Virus record (IMG/VR): IMGVR_UViG_3300013020_000002 | Location: 1-56,429 of that record | From: a virus | Taxonomy: Duplodnaviria > Caudoviricetes | Direction: 5' to 3' (one strand) | DNA length: 56,429 nucleotides | Shown here: positions 1 to 9,738 of the stretch, piece by piece | Layout: each line of letters starts with the position of its first letter | Position numbering within the stretch: position 1 is the first letter of the stretch | Notes under the pieces: model-generated | What the model saw: the letters and a program-made list of their open reading frames with translations, nothing else | Database searches by the model: none | Told to the model about the DNA's origin: nothing | Translations under genes and position numbers: made by a program

Positions 1-621
1 AATATGTATGCTATGTTTTCTCAATGTTCATCATTAACAACAATAGATACAACAAATTGGGATGTTTCTAATGTGACTGATATGAGTTATATGTTTGAAA
101 ATTGTACATCATTAACAAGTATAGATGTTTCTAATTGGGATGTTTCTAATGTGACTTATATGAGTGGTATGTTTGGTAGATGTACATCATTAACAAGTAT
201 AGATGTTTCAAATTGGGATGTTTTTAATGTGACTTATATGAGTGGTATGTTTGGTAGATGTACATCATTAACAAGTATAGATGTTTCTAATTGGGATGTT
301 TCTAATGTGACTTATATAGACAATATGTTTGTGAATTGCACATCATTAACAACAATAGATGTTTCTAATTGGAATGTTTCGAATGTAACTAATATGTTGA
401 GTGTGTTTAGAGATGTACCATTAGACACCCCATCATATGATGGATTATTAATAGGTTGGAGTTCATTAAGTCCAAATCTTCAAGATAATGTTGATTTTGG
501 AGCAAATTTAGCAAAATACACACCCGGTGGTGCTGCTGAAGCAGGGAGAACCTTATTAACTGATGCTGTTGTTGATGGAGGACATGCTTGGAGTATAACA
601 GATGCTGGCCCAACAGCATAA
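1..621 (+). CDS. BspA/DUF285-like leucine-rich repeat surface/fibre protein, 5'-truncated by the window edge
   Basis: 26-aa repeats CTSLTSIDVSNWDVSNVTxMxxMF; frame is open from base 1; C-terminal cap nearly identical to that of 13246..15180. Confidence 0.8.
   Translation, partial: NMYAMFSQCSSLTTIDTTNWDVSNVTDMSYMFENCTSLTSIDVSNWDVSNVTYMSGMFGRCTSLTSIDVSNWDVFNVTYMSGMFGRCTSLTSIDVSNWDVSNVTYIDNMFVNCTSLTTIDVSNWNVSNVTNMLSVFRDVPLDTPSYDGLLIGWSSLSPNLQDNVDFGANLAKYTPGGAAEAGRTLLTDAVVDGGHAWSITDAGPTA
103..336 (+). repeat. 78-bp coding tandem repeats
   Basis: Units at 103-180 and 181-258 differ at 2 positions; third unit starts at 259. Confidence 0.9.
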
Positions 622-659
622 TAAAATAAATAATATTTATAAAAAAACAATAATATACA

Positions 660-2504
660 ATGATAGGAGATACAAGTAAAGCAACAACAAGGGAGAAAAG
701 AAGAATTGGTAAGGTTATAAACCGACCAATTGAAATGCTTCCATATGAAAAGAATGGTGATAGTGCCATTGTTTTCAAAGCAGATAATTATAATGATAGA
801 GAATTATTAGTTAAAGAATTGGAATATGTTGATGACAAAGCATTTGGTTATATTATAACAGAATTAGAATATACTCCAACAATGACTATTGATTTTGCAG
901 ATTCAGCATATAATAAAATTAAATTAACTGGTGATCTAAATATTGATAATATTTTAAATCAATCCACTGGTTCTGATTATATGTTAATCTTGGAACAAGA
1001 TGAAGTAGGTGGTCATTCTATCTCTATTAATGATGAAAATATTCAATTATATCTTAAAGGTATTACAATGTTATCTGAATTAGATACATCACCAAATTCT
1101 TTAACTTATATTAAACTAACTTCCGTTAAAGGAAGATTATATGGTGAAGTATTGGATTATTCAACATATACAACAAAAGAAAATCAATCATATTTTTCAT
1201 TTGATGTTGAAATAGCTTCATCTGGAGATACATTCACTTTACCAATTAACACAGTTGATGATGCTGATCAATATGTGCAATCTTTTACTGCTGATTGGGG
1301 TGATGATTCAACAACTGATATAACAAGTTATGATGATACTGGTGCAACACACACTTATGCAGCACCGGGCACATATACAATCACCATGACTGGTAAATCT
1401 GAGTTGTTTGCTGTTCAAAATGTTGGGGATAAAGCTAAGATTGTAAAACTTAATACATTCTTTGGTGATATTGGATTTAAAAAATTAAATTTTTATGGTT
1501 GTACTAATTTAACTGGTAATATACCAACGAGTTTTAAGAATCTTAGGAATTTGGTTGATTGTTATGGTTTGTTTCGTGATTGCTCTTCATTAACAGGTGA
1601 AATACCAGAAGATATGTTTTGGAATTCCCCCAATATTCTAAATTTTGCACATTGTTTTCGTGACACAAATAGTATTATTTGTGAAATACCAGAAAAATTA
1701 TTTTGGAATAATCCTAAAGTTACTGATTTTTTTGGTGTTTTTACAGGATTCAATAACCCGAATAAATTTTATGGTGGTATACCAGAAAAACTATTTTGGA
1801 ATAATCCTAAAGTTTTAAATTTTGGGACAGCTTTCCAATATAATCCCAATTTAACAGGGAGTATACCTGAGAAATTATTCTGGTATAATCCTGAAGTTAC
1901 TAATTTTTATTATTTGTTTTGGGGTTGTTCAGGAATTTCAGGTCAAATACCAGAGAAATTATTCTGGTATAATCCTGAAGTTACTAATTTTGGTAGTGTT
2001 TTTAATCAAACAGAAATTTCAGGTCAAATACCAGAAAAACTATTTTGGAATAATCCTAAAGTTACCAATTTTGAAAGAATATTTTATAGATGTATATCAT
2101 TAACAAGCGAAATACCAGAAAAATTATTTTGGAATAATCCTGAAGTCTCCAATTTTAGTTTTGTGTTTTATGAATCTGGTGTGTCAGGTGAAATACCTGA
2201 AAAATTATTTTGGAATAATCCTGAAGTCTCCAATTTTAGTTTTGTGTTTGGTACTTTTAAAGGGTGGCCTAATAATATTATTAATGATATACCTAAAAAT
2301 ATTTTTATAAATAATCATAAAGTTGTAAATTTTGAAAATTCATTTTTATATAGAAATAATATAACTGGAGATGGATGGAGAGACATCATAGAATACACAA
2401 CACAATATGCAGAAGATAATAATATAACATTACAAACAGATGGTTGTTTTCAAGATTGTACATCCTTAACAGATTATAATGAAATTCCAAATACATGGAA
2501 ATAA
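660..2504 (+). CDS. Putative tail fibre/adhesin: N-terminal adaptor + PKD domain + LRR array
   Basis: QDEVGGH adaptor motif; PKD-like FTADWGD...HTYAAPGTYTIT; repeats IPEKLFWNNP(K/E)VxxF; paralog of 16084..17847. Confidence 0.7.
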   Translation: MIGDTSKATTREKRRIGKVINRPIEMLPYEKNGDSAIVFKADNYNDRELLVKELEYVDDKAFGYIITELEYTPTMTIDFADSAYNKIKLTGDLNIDNILNQSTGSDYMLILEQDEVGGHSISINDENIQLYLKGITMLSELDTSPNSLTYIKLTSVKGRLYGEVLDYSTYTTKENQSYFSFDVEIASSGDTFTLPINTVDDADQYVQSFTADWGDDSTTDITSYDDTGATHTYAAPGTYTITMTGKSELFAVQNVGDKAKIVKLNTFFGDIGFKKLNFYGCTNLTGNIPTSFKNLRNLVDCYGLFRDCSSLTGEIPEDMFWNSPNILNFAHCFRDTNSIICEIPEKLFWNNPKVTDFFGVFTGFNNPNKFYGGIPEKLFWNNPKVLNFGTAFQYNPNLTGSIPEKLFWYNPEVTNFYYLFWGCSGISGQIPEKLFWYNPEVTNFGSVFNQTEISGQIPEKLFWNNPKVTNFERIFYRCISLTSEIPEKLFWNNPEVSNFSFVFYESGVSGEIPEKLFWNNPEVSNFSFVFGTFKGWPNNIINDIPKNIFINNHKVVNFENSFLYRNNITGDGWRDIIEYTTQYAEDNNITLQTDGCFQDCTSLTDYNEIPNTWK

Positions 2505-2523
2505 TATTAAATAATTAGAAACT

Positions 2524-2560
2524 AAAAGAGGGATAATTTATTAATTATCTCTCTTTTTTT
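2524..2560. terminator. Bidirectional intrinsic terminator
   Basis: aaaagagggataatt-tatt-aattatctctctttt hairpin between convergent genes. Confidence 0.75.
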
Positions 2561-2562
2561 AT

Positions 2563-3006
2563 TTACAAATTATTTTTGTCTAATGCTAAATTATTTAAAA
2601 TTAAATTATAAATATCATAATGTTTAGATAATAAATATTCTACATCACTATATAATACTTGATCAACCATACCATTTTCAGATAAATTTACAAATTCTTC
2701 AATTTCTAAATTGTTTTCAATAAAATGTAATGAATATGGAGTAATATTATCTAAGTCTTCTTTATTTGTTAATAACTCAGATAATGGTTTTAATATAGGT
2801 TTAATTTTATTTAGTTTAAACCCTAACCCTGTTAGATTTTCTCTATTTAAGTATATTTTATTATATTCATCTGAATTATGAATCCATAATTTAAAGTCAC
2901 CAAATTTATTTATTTGGTTAATTCTAAATATTTCATCATATTCTTCTGAATATATGAATAATCCATGATTAAAATATGGAGTAATATGTTTTAATTCTAA
3001 ATTCAT
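2563..3006 (-). CDS. Hypothetical phage protein
   Basis: 147-aa ORF in a tightly packed leftward run; LELKHITPY...IKPILKPLSEL resembles hypotheticals of Bacteroidota phages. Confidence 0.7.
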   Translation of the reverse strand: MNLELKHITPYFNHGLFIYSEEYDEIFRINQINKFGDFKLWIHNSDEYNKIYLNRENLTGLGFKLNKIKPILKPLSELLTNKEDLDNITPYSLHFIENNLEIEEFVNLSENGMVDQVLYSDVEYLLSKHYDIYNLILNNLALDKNNL

Positions 3007-3010
3007 ATAA

Positions 3011-3217
3011 TTATCTTTTTATAATTGAAAAATCTCTGCATCCTTCAAAATAATTATCATTTTTATCTATATAAGGATCACCATCGTTATCTATATAAAC
3101 TTCAGCTTGATAATCACCTGAACAAAATGGTGGCATCTCAAATTCAATAATATCTCCTTCGTTTAATTTTTGGTCAGTTTCAATATAAAACCTATTATTT
3201 TTATCTATCTTACTCAT
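3011..3217 (-). CDS. Small hypothetical protein
   Basis: 68-aa ORF abutting its neighbours. Confidence 0.6.
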   Translation of the reverse strand: MSKIDKNNRFYIETDQKLNEGDIIEFEMPPFCSGDYQAEVYIDNDGDPYIDKNDNYFEGCRDFSIIKR

Positions 3218-3225
3218 ATATATTT

Positions 3226-3429
3226 TTATTTAAAAATAAACTTAATTACATCATCAAAAGAATCAAATCTAAGATAATACCCATCATTTTTTATTTTATT
3301 GTTTACCCATATCATACCACGTTTTTCATATAAAAGAATATCATAGTATATATGTTCTAATGTTTTAATTTTAAAAATCTTATATTTTGTTTTATAAAAT
3401 TTTATTTCTGCATATTTTGTTCGTGTCAT
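3226..3429 (-). CDS. Small hypothetical protein
   Basis: 67-aa ORF abutting its neighbours. Confidence 0.55.
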   Translation of the reverse strand: MTRTKYAEIKFYKTKYKIFKIKTLEHIYYDILLYEKRGMIWVNNKIKNDGYYLRFDSFDDVIKFIFK

Positions 3430-3441
3430 ATTATTATATTT

Positions 3442-3720
3442 TTATTTATCAAATATTGATAATTGCTTTATTTTATTGTTATTTTCCAAATAATCCTCCA
3501 CTTCTTTGATATAGGATAACTTATATAATAAGTTAATATCTACTTCATTATTAAATTTATATTTTAATTCTGATAAATGTGTATCTGATAGAAACACTTC
3601 TTCAGAATATTTTTTAAATAAAAAATCACATCTTTCATTTATCTCTTCTTTAACTCTACGAATATTATTCAATTGATCGCCCAACTCTTTTTTTAAGTCA
3701 TTATATTTTTTTCTTTTCAT
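3442..3720 (-). CDS. Hypothetical protein
   Basis: 92-aa ORF; start overlaps the upstream stop. Confidence 0.6.
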   Translation of the reverse strand: MKRKKYNDLKKELGDQLNNIRRVKEEINERCDFLFKKYSEEVFLSDTHLSELKYKFNNEVDINLLYKLSYIKEVEDYLENNNKIKQLSIFDK

Positions 3721-3989
3721 TATATTTTATTTTTATTTAAATACTCATAAATAACCATATTATCATTTAATAGTCTAATATTTGTTTTATATTTTATAAT
3801 TTTTATATTTTCTATATGACAAACATTACAAATTCTATATCCATGAATAATATATTCATCTTTATTTGTACCGTTTAAGATCCTTGGGGTGTATCCAATA
3901 ACCCTATAATTATAAGGTTTATTATATGTGTGAATATTAAATATAATACACATAAATTTAAACCAAAGTTCTTTAATTTTTTTAAACAT
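3720..3989 (-). CDS. Hypothetical protein
   Basis: 89-aa ORF with CxxC, coupled to its neighbours. Confidence 0.55.
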   Translation of the reverse strand: MFKKIKELWFKFMCIIFNIHTYNKPYNYRVIGYTPRILNGTNKDEYIIHGYRICNVCHIENIKIIKYKTNIRLLNDNMVIYEYLNKNKI

Positions 3990-3994
3990 AATAA

Positions 3995-5425
3995 TTAATT
4001 TTTAGATAACACAATAGCATTCTTTATTGGTCTTGTTAATGCAACATATTTAATTTGATTTCTTTCTTTCACATTCCAATTCTTATCAATATCGTCTTCC
4101 ATTATAAAAACCTTATTATAAGTACTCCCCTGCCCTTTGTGGGCTGTGATCGCATACGCATAGTCCATATCTTTAACTATTATATCATAACTACTTCTTG
4201 ATGCACCATTTTCATATTTATATATAGATTTCATTAATATGTTTTCACGTCTAAAAGTATAATATAAATTCCACAATCTTTTATTTGCTTTTGCTTGATC
4301 TCTTAACTTATCGTGTTCATAAGCATATTTGTTAAGATTCTCATCATCATATGGGTCAATAATAAAAACTGTTTGATAATTAAAAGTTGAATCAGTAAGA
4401 TTTTCTCTTAATTTAACTTTATATCCGTTTATCCCATATTTATTTTCTATTAACTCACTTTTTTCAATGACTTTATAATCTGCAGAATTTTCAATAATAT
4501 TAATATGAGCACTCTTACCAGTAATACTTCTATAACCCATTAAAACATCACCAATTTCAACAATATCAGCATTTTTACCAAACAATTCATGTCTAATAAT
4601 TTGATTAGATTTCATAATGATTTGGTTTGTCCATCCAATAACTTTACAATGATCAGTATTAATATTAAACTCTTTGGTTTTAAATTCTTCTAATAAAGCA
4701 TTTCTAAATTCTCTTTTACTTTTGGTATATATGATACCTTCTCCCTCATCATTTAAATTTGTTGTTCTTTCATACCCTCCAGTTGGATTTTCCAAATTAT
4801 TTCTTAATTTATCATATATAAACATTATTGGATTTGAATCTGCTTGTCTTTCAACTTTTGTTAACTGATGAAAGTTTTCCTTCTCCAAATTAAATACTAC
4901 ACTATCTTTCTCATTTACGGGGGGTATTTGAGCCGGATCTCCCATAAATAATATCTTTGTATACATTCCTTTTGTTTGCTTCTTAATTAGCTCGTATAGG
5001 TCTTTATTTATCATTGATGCTTCATCAATAATAACTAAAGAATAATCACAAATTTTAGGTAATGCAATTGGATTAAACTTAGGATCATTAGGGTTAAAAT
5101 CATCAAGATTAACATCTGGTCTTAACCCTAATAATCCATGTAATGTTAACCCATATTGATCAGTCGTTCTAATGATCATTTTTTTAGCTTTATGGGTTGG
5201 TGCTGATACAACTATTTGACCTTCAAACTCATCAAGTATTTTCTTTATACAAGTTGTTTTTCCTGTACCACTATAGCCAGCCAATGTGAAAGTATTATTC
5301 AATCCATTGGCTTGTTCCAACCATTTACGGATTTTATTTATACCCTCATATTGTTCATCATTAAAAGTAATAATATTACCGTTAGGTAATCTCAACTGAT
5401 TATCTTCTATTTTTATTGTAACCAT
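3995..5425 (-). CDS. dda: SF1B DNA helicase (T4 Dda/RecD2-like)
   Basis: Walker A GYSGTGKT, APTHKA, IIDEASM, GDPAQIPPV, AITAHKGQGSTY, YVALTR. Confidence 0.88.
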   Translation of the reverse strand: MVTIKIEDNQLRLPNGNIITFNDEQYEGINKIRKWLEQANGLNNTFTLAGYSGTGKTTCIKKILDEFEGQIVVSAPTHKAKKMIIRTTDQYGLTLHGLLGLRPDVNLDDFNPNDPKFNPIALPKICDYSLVIIDEASMINKDLYELIKKQTKGMYTKILFMGDPAQIPPVNEKDSVVFNLEKENFHQLTKVERQADSNPIMFIYDKLRNNLENPTGGYERTTNLNDEGEGIIYTKSKREFRNALLEEFKTKEFNINTDHCKVIGWTNQIIMKSNQIIRHELFGKNADIVEIGDVLMGYRSITGKSAHINIIENSADYKVIEKSELIENKYGINGYKVKLRENLTDSTFNYQTVFIIDPYDDENLNKYAYEHDKLRDQAKANKRLWNLYYTFRRENILMKSIYKYENGASRSSYDIIVKDMDYAYAITAHKGQGSTYNKVFIMEDDIDKNWNVKERNQIKYVALTRPIKNAIVLSKN

Positions 5426-5441
5426 TAAAAGTTATTTTTTA

Positions 5442-5472
5442 CAAATCTACAAAAATTATTAAATAAATCAAA
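5442..5472 (-). promoter_or_regulatory. Bacteroidota housekeeping-sigma-type promoter (-33 TTTG / -7 TAGATTTG)
   Basis: Minus strand TTTG-N19-TAGATTTG directly upstream of the helicase. Confidence 0.7.
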
Positions 5473-5483
5473 TACTTTATAAA

Positions 5484-6548
5484 TTAAAACATCCTAATAT
5501 TTGTAATTAGTTGATTAATTTGATTAATATCTAACTTATCTGGTAAATCTGATTTATCAAACACTTCATCCATTTCAGCTTTTTTATCTTCAACTATTTT
5601 AATAATATCATCATATGGTAATTTTCCATATTTAATTGAAAATAAAAAGTTTTTATCATCTGGTTCTATTTTTAATGTTCCATATTTACCAATATGGATT
5701 GCTGAATCTAATAACCTAACACAATGCATAAGATTTTTAGTGTCGTATGATGCACCAGCATTAATATTTGTTAAATATCTATGTTTATTTCTTTTTTCAA
5801 CCCAATCCCAATATTCTTTATATTTTTTACAATAAGTGGAATATCCTTCAAGATTGAAATATAGTGTTGCTACTGGTACATAACCTTTTGGTATAGATGA
5901 TAATTTTACATCATTAGATGTTTCATTATCATTGGTAACACCTTTAAAGATACCATTATCATCAAAATATAGATTATACACATTCTTCATGTGGTTTATA
6001 TTTTGAAGACCATAAAAAGATTGATCTCTTTTATTTGGTGTTTCTTGTTTCTTTAACCAACTTCTCAGATTCATGCTTCCATTGTAACAAGTAACATAGC
6101 AAAAATCAATTGGTGTTTTTCTTTCCTTATCAACAGGATTAACAATTTTTTTATTTAATCCCTTTGCTTTTTTTATTTGTGAGATTGAATAACCACCAAA
6201 AGTATCTTTACATCTTTTAGTTAAAAAAGTATCACGATATTTAATAAATTCTTCAAATAAAGGTGATTGATGTTGAATTTTATCTTTTGGTATATAAAGT
6301 AATTCTAAGATATTAGGATTATTATTGAACAATAATTCAGCATATCTATTTAATTCATAATAAACAGTATCATTAGTATCATCAGATACTTGGTCAATAT
6401 AGTTATTTAATAATAATAAATCTTTATTATCTGATAAAAATATACCTCTAATATCTATATCACTTTTAGGTGTATTTAGTCCATATGCATGACTACCAAC
6501 GATACCACTATAAATTATTTTATCTTCAATGTCTTTTATTTTTTTCAT
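5484..6548 (-). CDS. Pol-beta superfamily nucleotidyltransferase (YcgL/RlaP-like)
   Basis: GSHAYGLNTPKSDIDIRGIF, NPNILELL, YDTKNLMHCVRLL. Confidence 0.82.
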   Translation of the reverse strand: MKKIKDIEDKIIYSGIVGSHAYGLNTPKSDIDIRGIFLSDNKDLLLLNNYIDQVSDDTNDTVYYELNRYAELLFNNNPNILELLYIPKDKIQHQSPLFEEFIKYRDTFLTKRCKDTFGGYSISQIKKAKGLNKKIVNPVDKERKTPIDFCYVTCYNGSMNLRSWLKKQETPNKRDQSFYGLQNINHMKNVYNLYFDDNGIFKGVTNDNETSNDVKLSSIPKGYVPVATLYFNLEGYSTYCKKYKEYWDWVEKRNKHRYLTNINAGASYDTKNLMHCVRLLDSAIHIGKYGTLKIEPDDKNFLFSIKYGKLPYDDIIKIVEDKKAEMDEVFDKSDLPDKLDINQINQLITNIRMF

Positions 6549-6571
6549 TGTTTAATACGTTTTATAATTAT

Positions 6572-6922
6572 TTATTCATTATTATTTACTAATAATGCAT
6601 ATAAATCTGAGGAAGTTTTCAATCTAATGTTATCACCATAAGATGTTACTTTACCTTCTTCATATTTTTTACCAAAATCCAACTCATAAATAAAATATTC
6701 AATCCAAGAATATTCATTTCCCTCATCATTAACATCGTTAGTTAAACGTTTTAATAAATCAATAAACCCACTAAGAATATGTGAGTTATCATACAAAGTA
6801 ACATGATCATTTGGGAGTATGATTGAAAATGCATCTGAACAATTTTTATCGTGTTCAAATTGTTGTTCAATAGAATCAATTGCTTCTATGAATGCTTTTT
6901 TATTTATTTTTATTTCTCCCAT
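6572..6922 (-). CDS. Hypothetical protein
   Basis: 116-aa ORF, WIEYFIYELDFG. Confidence 0.65.
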   Translation of the reverse strand: MGEIKINKKAFIEAIDSIEQQFEHDKNCSDAFSIILPNDHVTLYDNSHILSGFIDLLKRLTNDVNDEGNEYSWIEYFIYELDFGKKYEEGKVTSYGDNIRLKTSSDLYALLVNNNE

Positions 6923-6925
6923 AAA

Positions 6926-7102
6926 TTATTTTTTATATTTCCAAGATAAAACCTTTTCGGCTGCTTCTTTTGATTTAAATCCCCAACCATTTGCATCATC
7001 AACAATAAATTCTGTTTCTTTATCACAAATTGCGAATCTTAAATCATAATTCCTTCTTATTGGAATTACTTTATATTTATCTTCATTAATATCTTCACTC
7101 AT
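6926..7102 (-). CDS. Small hypothetical protein (58 aa, not in ORF track)
   Basis: MSEDINEDKYKVIP...DDANGWGFKSKEAAEKVLSWKYKK fills the gap between its neighbours exactly. Confidence 0.6.
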   Translation of the reverse strand: MSEDINEDKYKVIPIRRNYDLRFAICDKETEFIVDDANGWGFKSKEAAEKVLSWKYKK

Positions 7103-7760
7103 AAATCAATATATTTTTACCTTTTTTAAACAATGGTTTATAGTTATTATTTTTATCTAATTCAATGAGGATATCATTATTATAAACCACATATTTTTTA
7201 TTCTTAGTATTCAAATCAAAATGTGTTTGTTCAATCATTAAATATTCTTTTGTTTTAAATTTAAAATTATATTTAATATCCCAATAACCGTTATTATACT
7301 TTAAAAGAACCATTGAATTATATGTGTTATCTTTATAACCATTGATTAGAAATCTCTTTTTATATGTAATTAAAACATAACCATCACCCAATACTTCAAT
7401 ATTAGCACTACCACCAGTATATTGTCCTTCATCAATCTCAATCATTTTAAATCCATCTGGTATGGAATGATAGGCCCATCTTGTTTTTTCAACAAAATCG
7501 AAAGGATCACTAGCAGGTATAAATTCAGATTTTTCATAATCCAATTTATATACCATTAGATCATACCTGATTTTACCATTAACACCATATTGATTTTCAC
7601 TATCATAACTTAATATGAAAACGTTATCAACAGTGTTTCCATAACGCCACATCAATGATTTATGAATAATATTTTTAGCATTATTGTCAATGGTCTTTGG
7701 AATTTCATATGATGAGATCAAAAAACTAATTAGAATAAATAAAATTGTTATCCTTTTCAT
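7095..7760 (-). CDS. Putative secreted/periplasmic protein
   Basis: Signal-peptide-like N-terminus MKRITILFILISFLISS; own TAACTTTG element at 7775-7782. Confidence 0.6.
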   Translation of the reverse strand: MKRITILFILISFLISSYEIPKTIDNNAKNIIHKSLMWRYGNTVDNVFILSYDSENQYGVNGKIRYDLMVYKLDYEKSEFIPASDPFDFVEKTRWAYHSIPDGFKMIEIDEGQYTGGSANIEVLGDGYVLITYKKRFLINGYKDNTYNSMVLLKYNNGYWDIKYNFKFKTKEYLMIEQTHFDLNTKNKKYVVYNNDILIELDKNNNYKPLFKKGKNILIYE

Positions 7761-7799
7761 GTTTTGTTTTTTTACAAAGTTAATAAAATATTATTAATA

Positions 7800-8474
7800 T
7801 CAAACAAAATGAGGAACAAAATCACCTTGAGTACAACCAACAGCAGGTATTAAATTATCACCACTAACATCACATCCTTTAATTTTTGTAATATTGTTAT
7901 ACCAATTCTTTTTAAATTCACCATGTATTTTACTCATTTCCACTAAGACGTGATATCCACCTCTTGTTTCCAGTATATTATATGAATCATCATTAATAAT
8001 ATTTTTCAGTTCATCAATTAAATAATTATAAGTCACATAATCAAAATCAAAATCCATAAACCTTTTCCTAGATGAAGCTTTTTGAATGTTAGATAGAACT
8101 AATTGATGTGGATTATAACCATTGTAAGGTTCCGTTACTTTATCAACTAATTCTTTTAAGCTTTTTTTAGCTGCTTTTTCAAAACTTCTAGGGTTTGGGT
8201 TAATATATAATGCTAATGTTTTTTCAGGAACAACAACACCATTATTTTTATAACAACCTTGTTTAACCTCTAGTTGTTTAATTTTATCAATTAGATGTTC
8301 TTTCTTAGAAGTAAACCTTTTTAATTGTTGTTTGTCACCTTTAATAGATCCATCATCACAATATTTAGATCTAGCAAATAGACAACAATAATAAGTTTCA
8401 TCATTTTCTAATTCAGGTAACCAATCTATAAAAGATTTTAATTTATCTTCATCTCTAATAATCTTGTAATTCAT
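7800..8474 (-). CDS. Hypothetical protein, possible AEP/PrimPol-like fold
   Basis: FMDFDFD (DxD) and LETRGGYHVLV (TxxGxH) motifs. Confidence 0.45.
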   Translation of the reverse strand: MNYKIIRDEDKLKSFIDWLPELENDETYYCCLFARSKYCDDGSIKGDKQQLKRFTSKKEHLIDKIKQLEVKQGCYKNNGVVVPEKTLALYINPNPRSFEKAAKKSLKELVDKVTEPYNGYNPHQLVLSNIQKASSRKRFMDFDFDYVTYNYLIDELKNIINDDSYNILETRGGYHVLVEMSKIHGEFKKNWYNNITKIKGCDVSGDNLIPAVGCTQGDFVPHFV

Positions 8475-8480
8475 AATATC

Positions 8481-8696
8481 TTATTTTAAATTTAGTTTTA
8501 TATCTCTTAATATTTCTTTCCTACCTTTAAGGTCGATACTTGAAATATCATCTCCAACTATGGCGTTAATTCTTCCTAAAGCATATGCTCTGTTTGAATA
8601 TTCATCTTCAAAATCATCTCTTTCAACACTCCCATTCAATTCATCATCGAATCCTTCCAAATAAATTTCAATTAATACATCGTCTTTTGTTTTCAT
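8481..8696 (-). CDS. Small hypothetical protein
   Basis: 71-aa ORF downstream of the promoter at 8713-8743. Confidence 0.6.
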   Translation of the reverse strand: MKTKDDVLIEIYLEGFDDELNGSVERDDFEDEYSNRAYALGRINAIVGDDISSIDLKGRKEILRDIKLNLK

Positions 8697-8712
8697 ATTC
8701 CTTTATTTTTTA

Positions 8713-8743
8713 CAAATATAAACAAATTTATCAAATTACCAAA
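8713..8743 (-). promoter_or_regulatory. Bacteroidota-type promoter
   Basis: Minus strand TTTG-N19-TATATTTG. Confidence 0.65.
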
Positions 8744-8794
8744 AACTATTGTGTTAATAAAATTTAATTTTTATTTTTACAGAAATATTTTTAT

Positions 8795-9448
8795 ATGAAA
8801 ACATTATATATAGAACCAAGACAAATTGGTAAGAGTTTAAAATTAAAAAGTTTATATGATATATATTCTAAAAAAGGTGGTTGTTTAATGTTGTTCCCAA
8901 CTTTGAAGATGGCTAATTGTATATTTGAATTTGCTTCTACACCAAGAGAAGATATTATAACAAAGGAATATGATTTTCATGGGCGAAAAGAAAAAACATT
9001 ATTAATTGATGAATATTTCTTTTTATCAAAAAAACAAAAAGAATATATAATTCAGAACATGTTTTTATTTGATAACGTAATTGCTTTTACAAGTCCTGAT
9101 AAATTTTACCCTAAAGATCTCGTAGCTATATTAAGAGAAAGTAAACATTTCACAACTGATTATATTTTGAATGATTATTTTTCATCATATCCGAACCTAT
9201 ATGAATATAAGAATCAAATAATTCAATATATAATAGATATAGATGTTAATATTATTACTAACCCTGATTTTGAAATAGTTAATACCATTATATCAAAACA
9301 ACCAAATAAAACACTTAGTAATAAATATCAAAATCTTGACTTAAAAGCATTGGGTCAATATTTAGAAAATGATGAAATATTTTGGGCAAAGTATTTCAAA
9401 AAAAATAAGTCAAATAAATTTAAAATAAATAAAATGTTATGGTTATAA
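8795..9448 (+). CDS. Small P-loop ATPase-like protein with terminase-type Walker A
   Basis: EPRQIGKS and LLIDE. Confidence 0.5.
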   Translation: MKTLYIEPRQIGKSLKLKSLYDIYSKKGGCLMLFPTLKMANCIFEFASTPREDIITKEYDFHGRKEKTLLIDEYFFLSKKQKEYIIQNMFLFDNVIAFTSPDKFYPKDLVAILRESKHFTTDYILNDYFSSYPNLYEYKNQIIQYIIDIDVNIITNPDFEIVNTIISKQPNKTLSNKYQNLDLKALGQYLENDEIFWAKYFKKNKSNKFKINKMLWL

Positions 9449-9720
9449 AAAAAATAGATACAATAAAAAAAGAAATCACCATAGATGAAACAACAAATAT
9501 TGGTGATCTAGTTTATGAATTAAAAAATTTGTTTAAAAATGATTGGAGGGAATGGAGTATTAATGTGGAAACCGTTGTTAATTATTATCCCACATGCTAT
9601 CCGAATCCACCTTATGATCCATTTTTGGACAACCAGCCATATTATCATGGTGATTTTTTCTATACTACTTCTAATAATATGGGTGATTATGATTTTGTAA
9701 AGAAAAAAGGTAAAGATTAA
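9439..9720 (+). CDS. Hypothetical protein
   Basis: 93-aa ORF overlapping the upstream stop, followed by a terminator. Confidence 0.6.
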   Translation: MVIKKIDTIKKEITIDETTNIGDLVYELKNLFKNDWREWSINVETVVNYYPTCYPNPPYDPFLDNQPYYHGDFFYTTSNNMGDYDFVKKKGKD

Positions 9721-9737
9721 CTCTTTACCTTTTTTTT
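9703..9737. terminator. Bidirectional intrinsic terminator
   Basis: aaaaaaggtaaaga-ttaac-tctttacctttttttt between convergent genes. Confidence 0.75.
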
Positions 9738-9738
9738 G

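Noticed and set aside
1560-2330. Regular conserved repeats with variable spacers resembling a CRISPR array (also 60-400 and 17040-17600)
   Set aside because: Units are in frame within long ORFs, degenerate at synonymous positions and encode LRRs; no cas genes or leader
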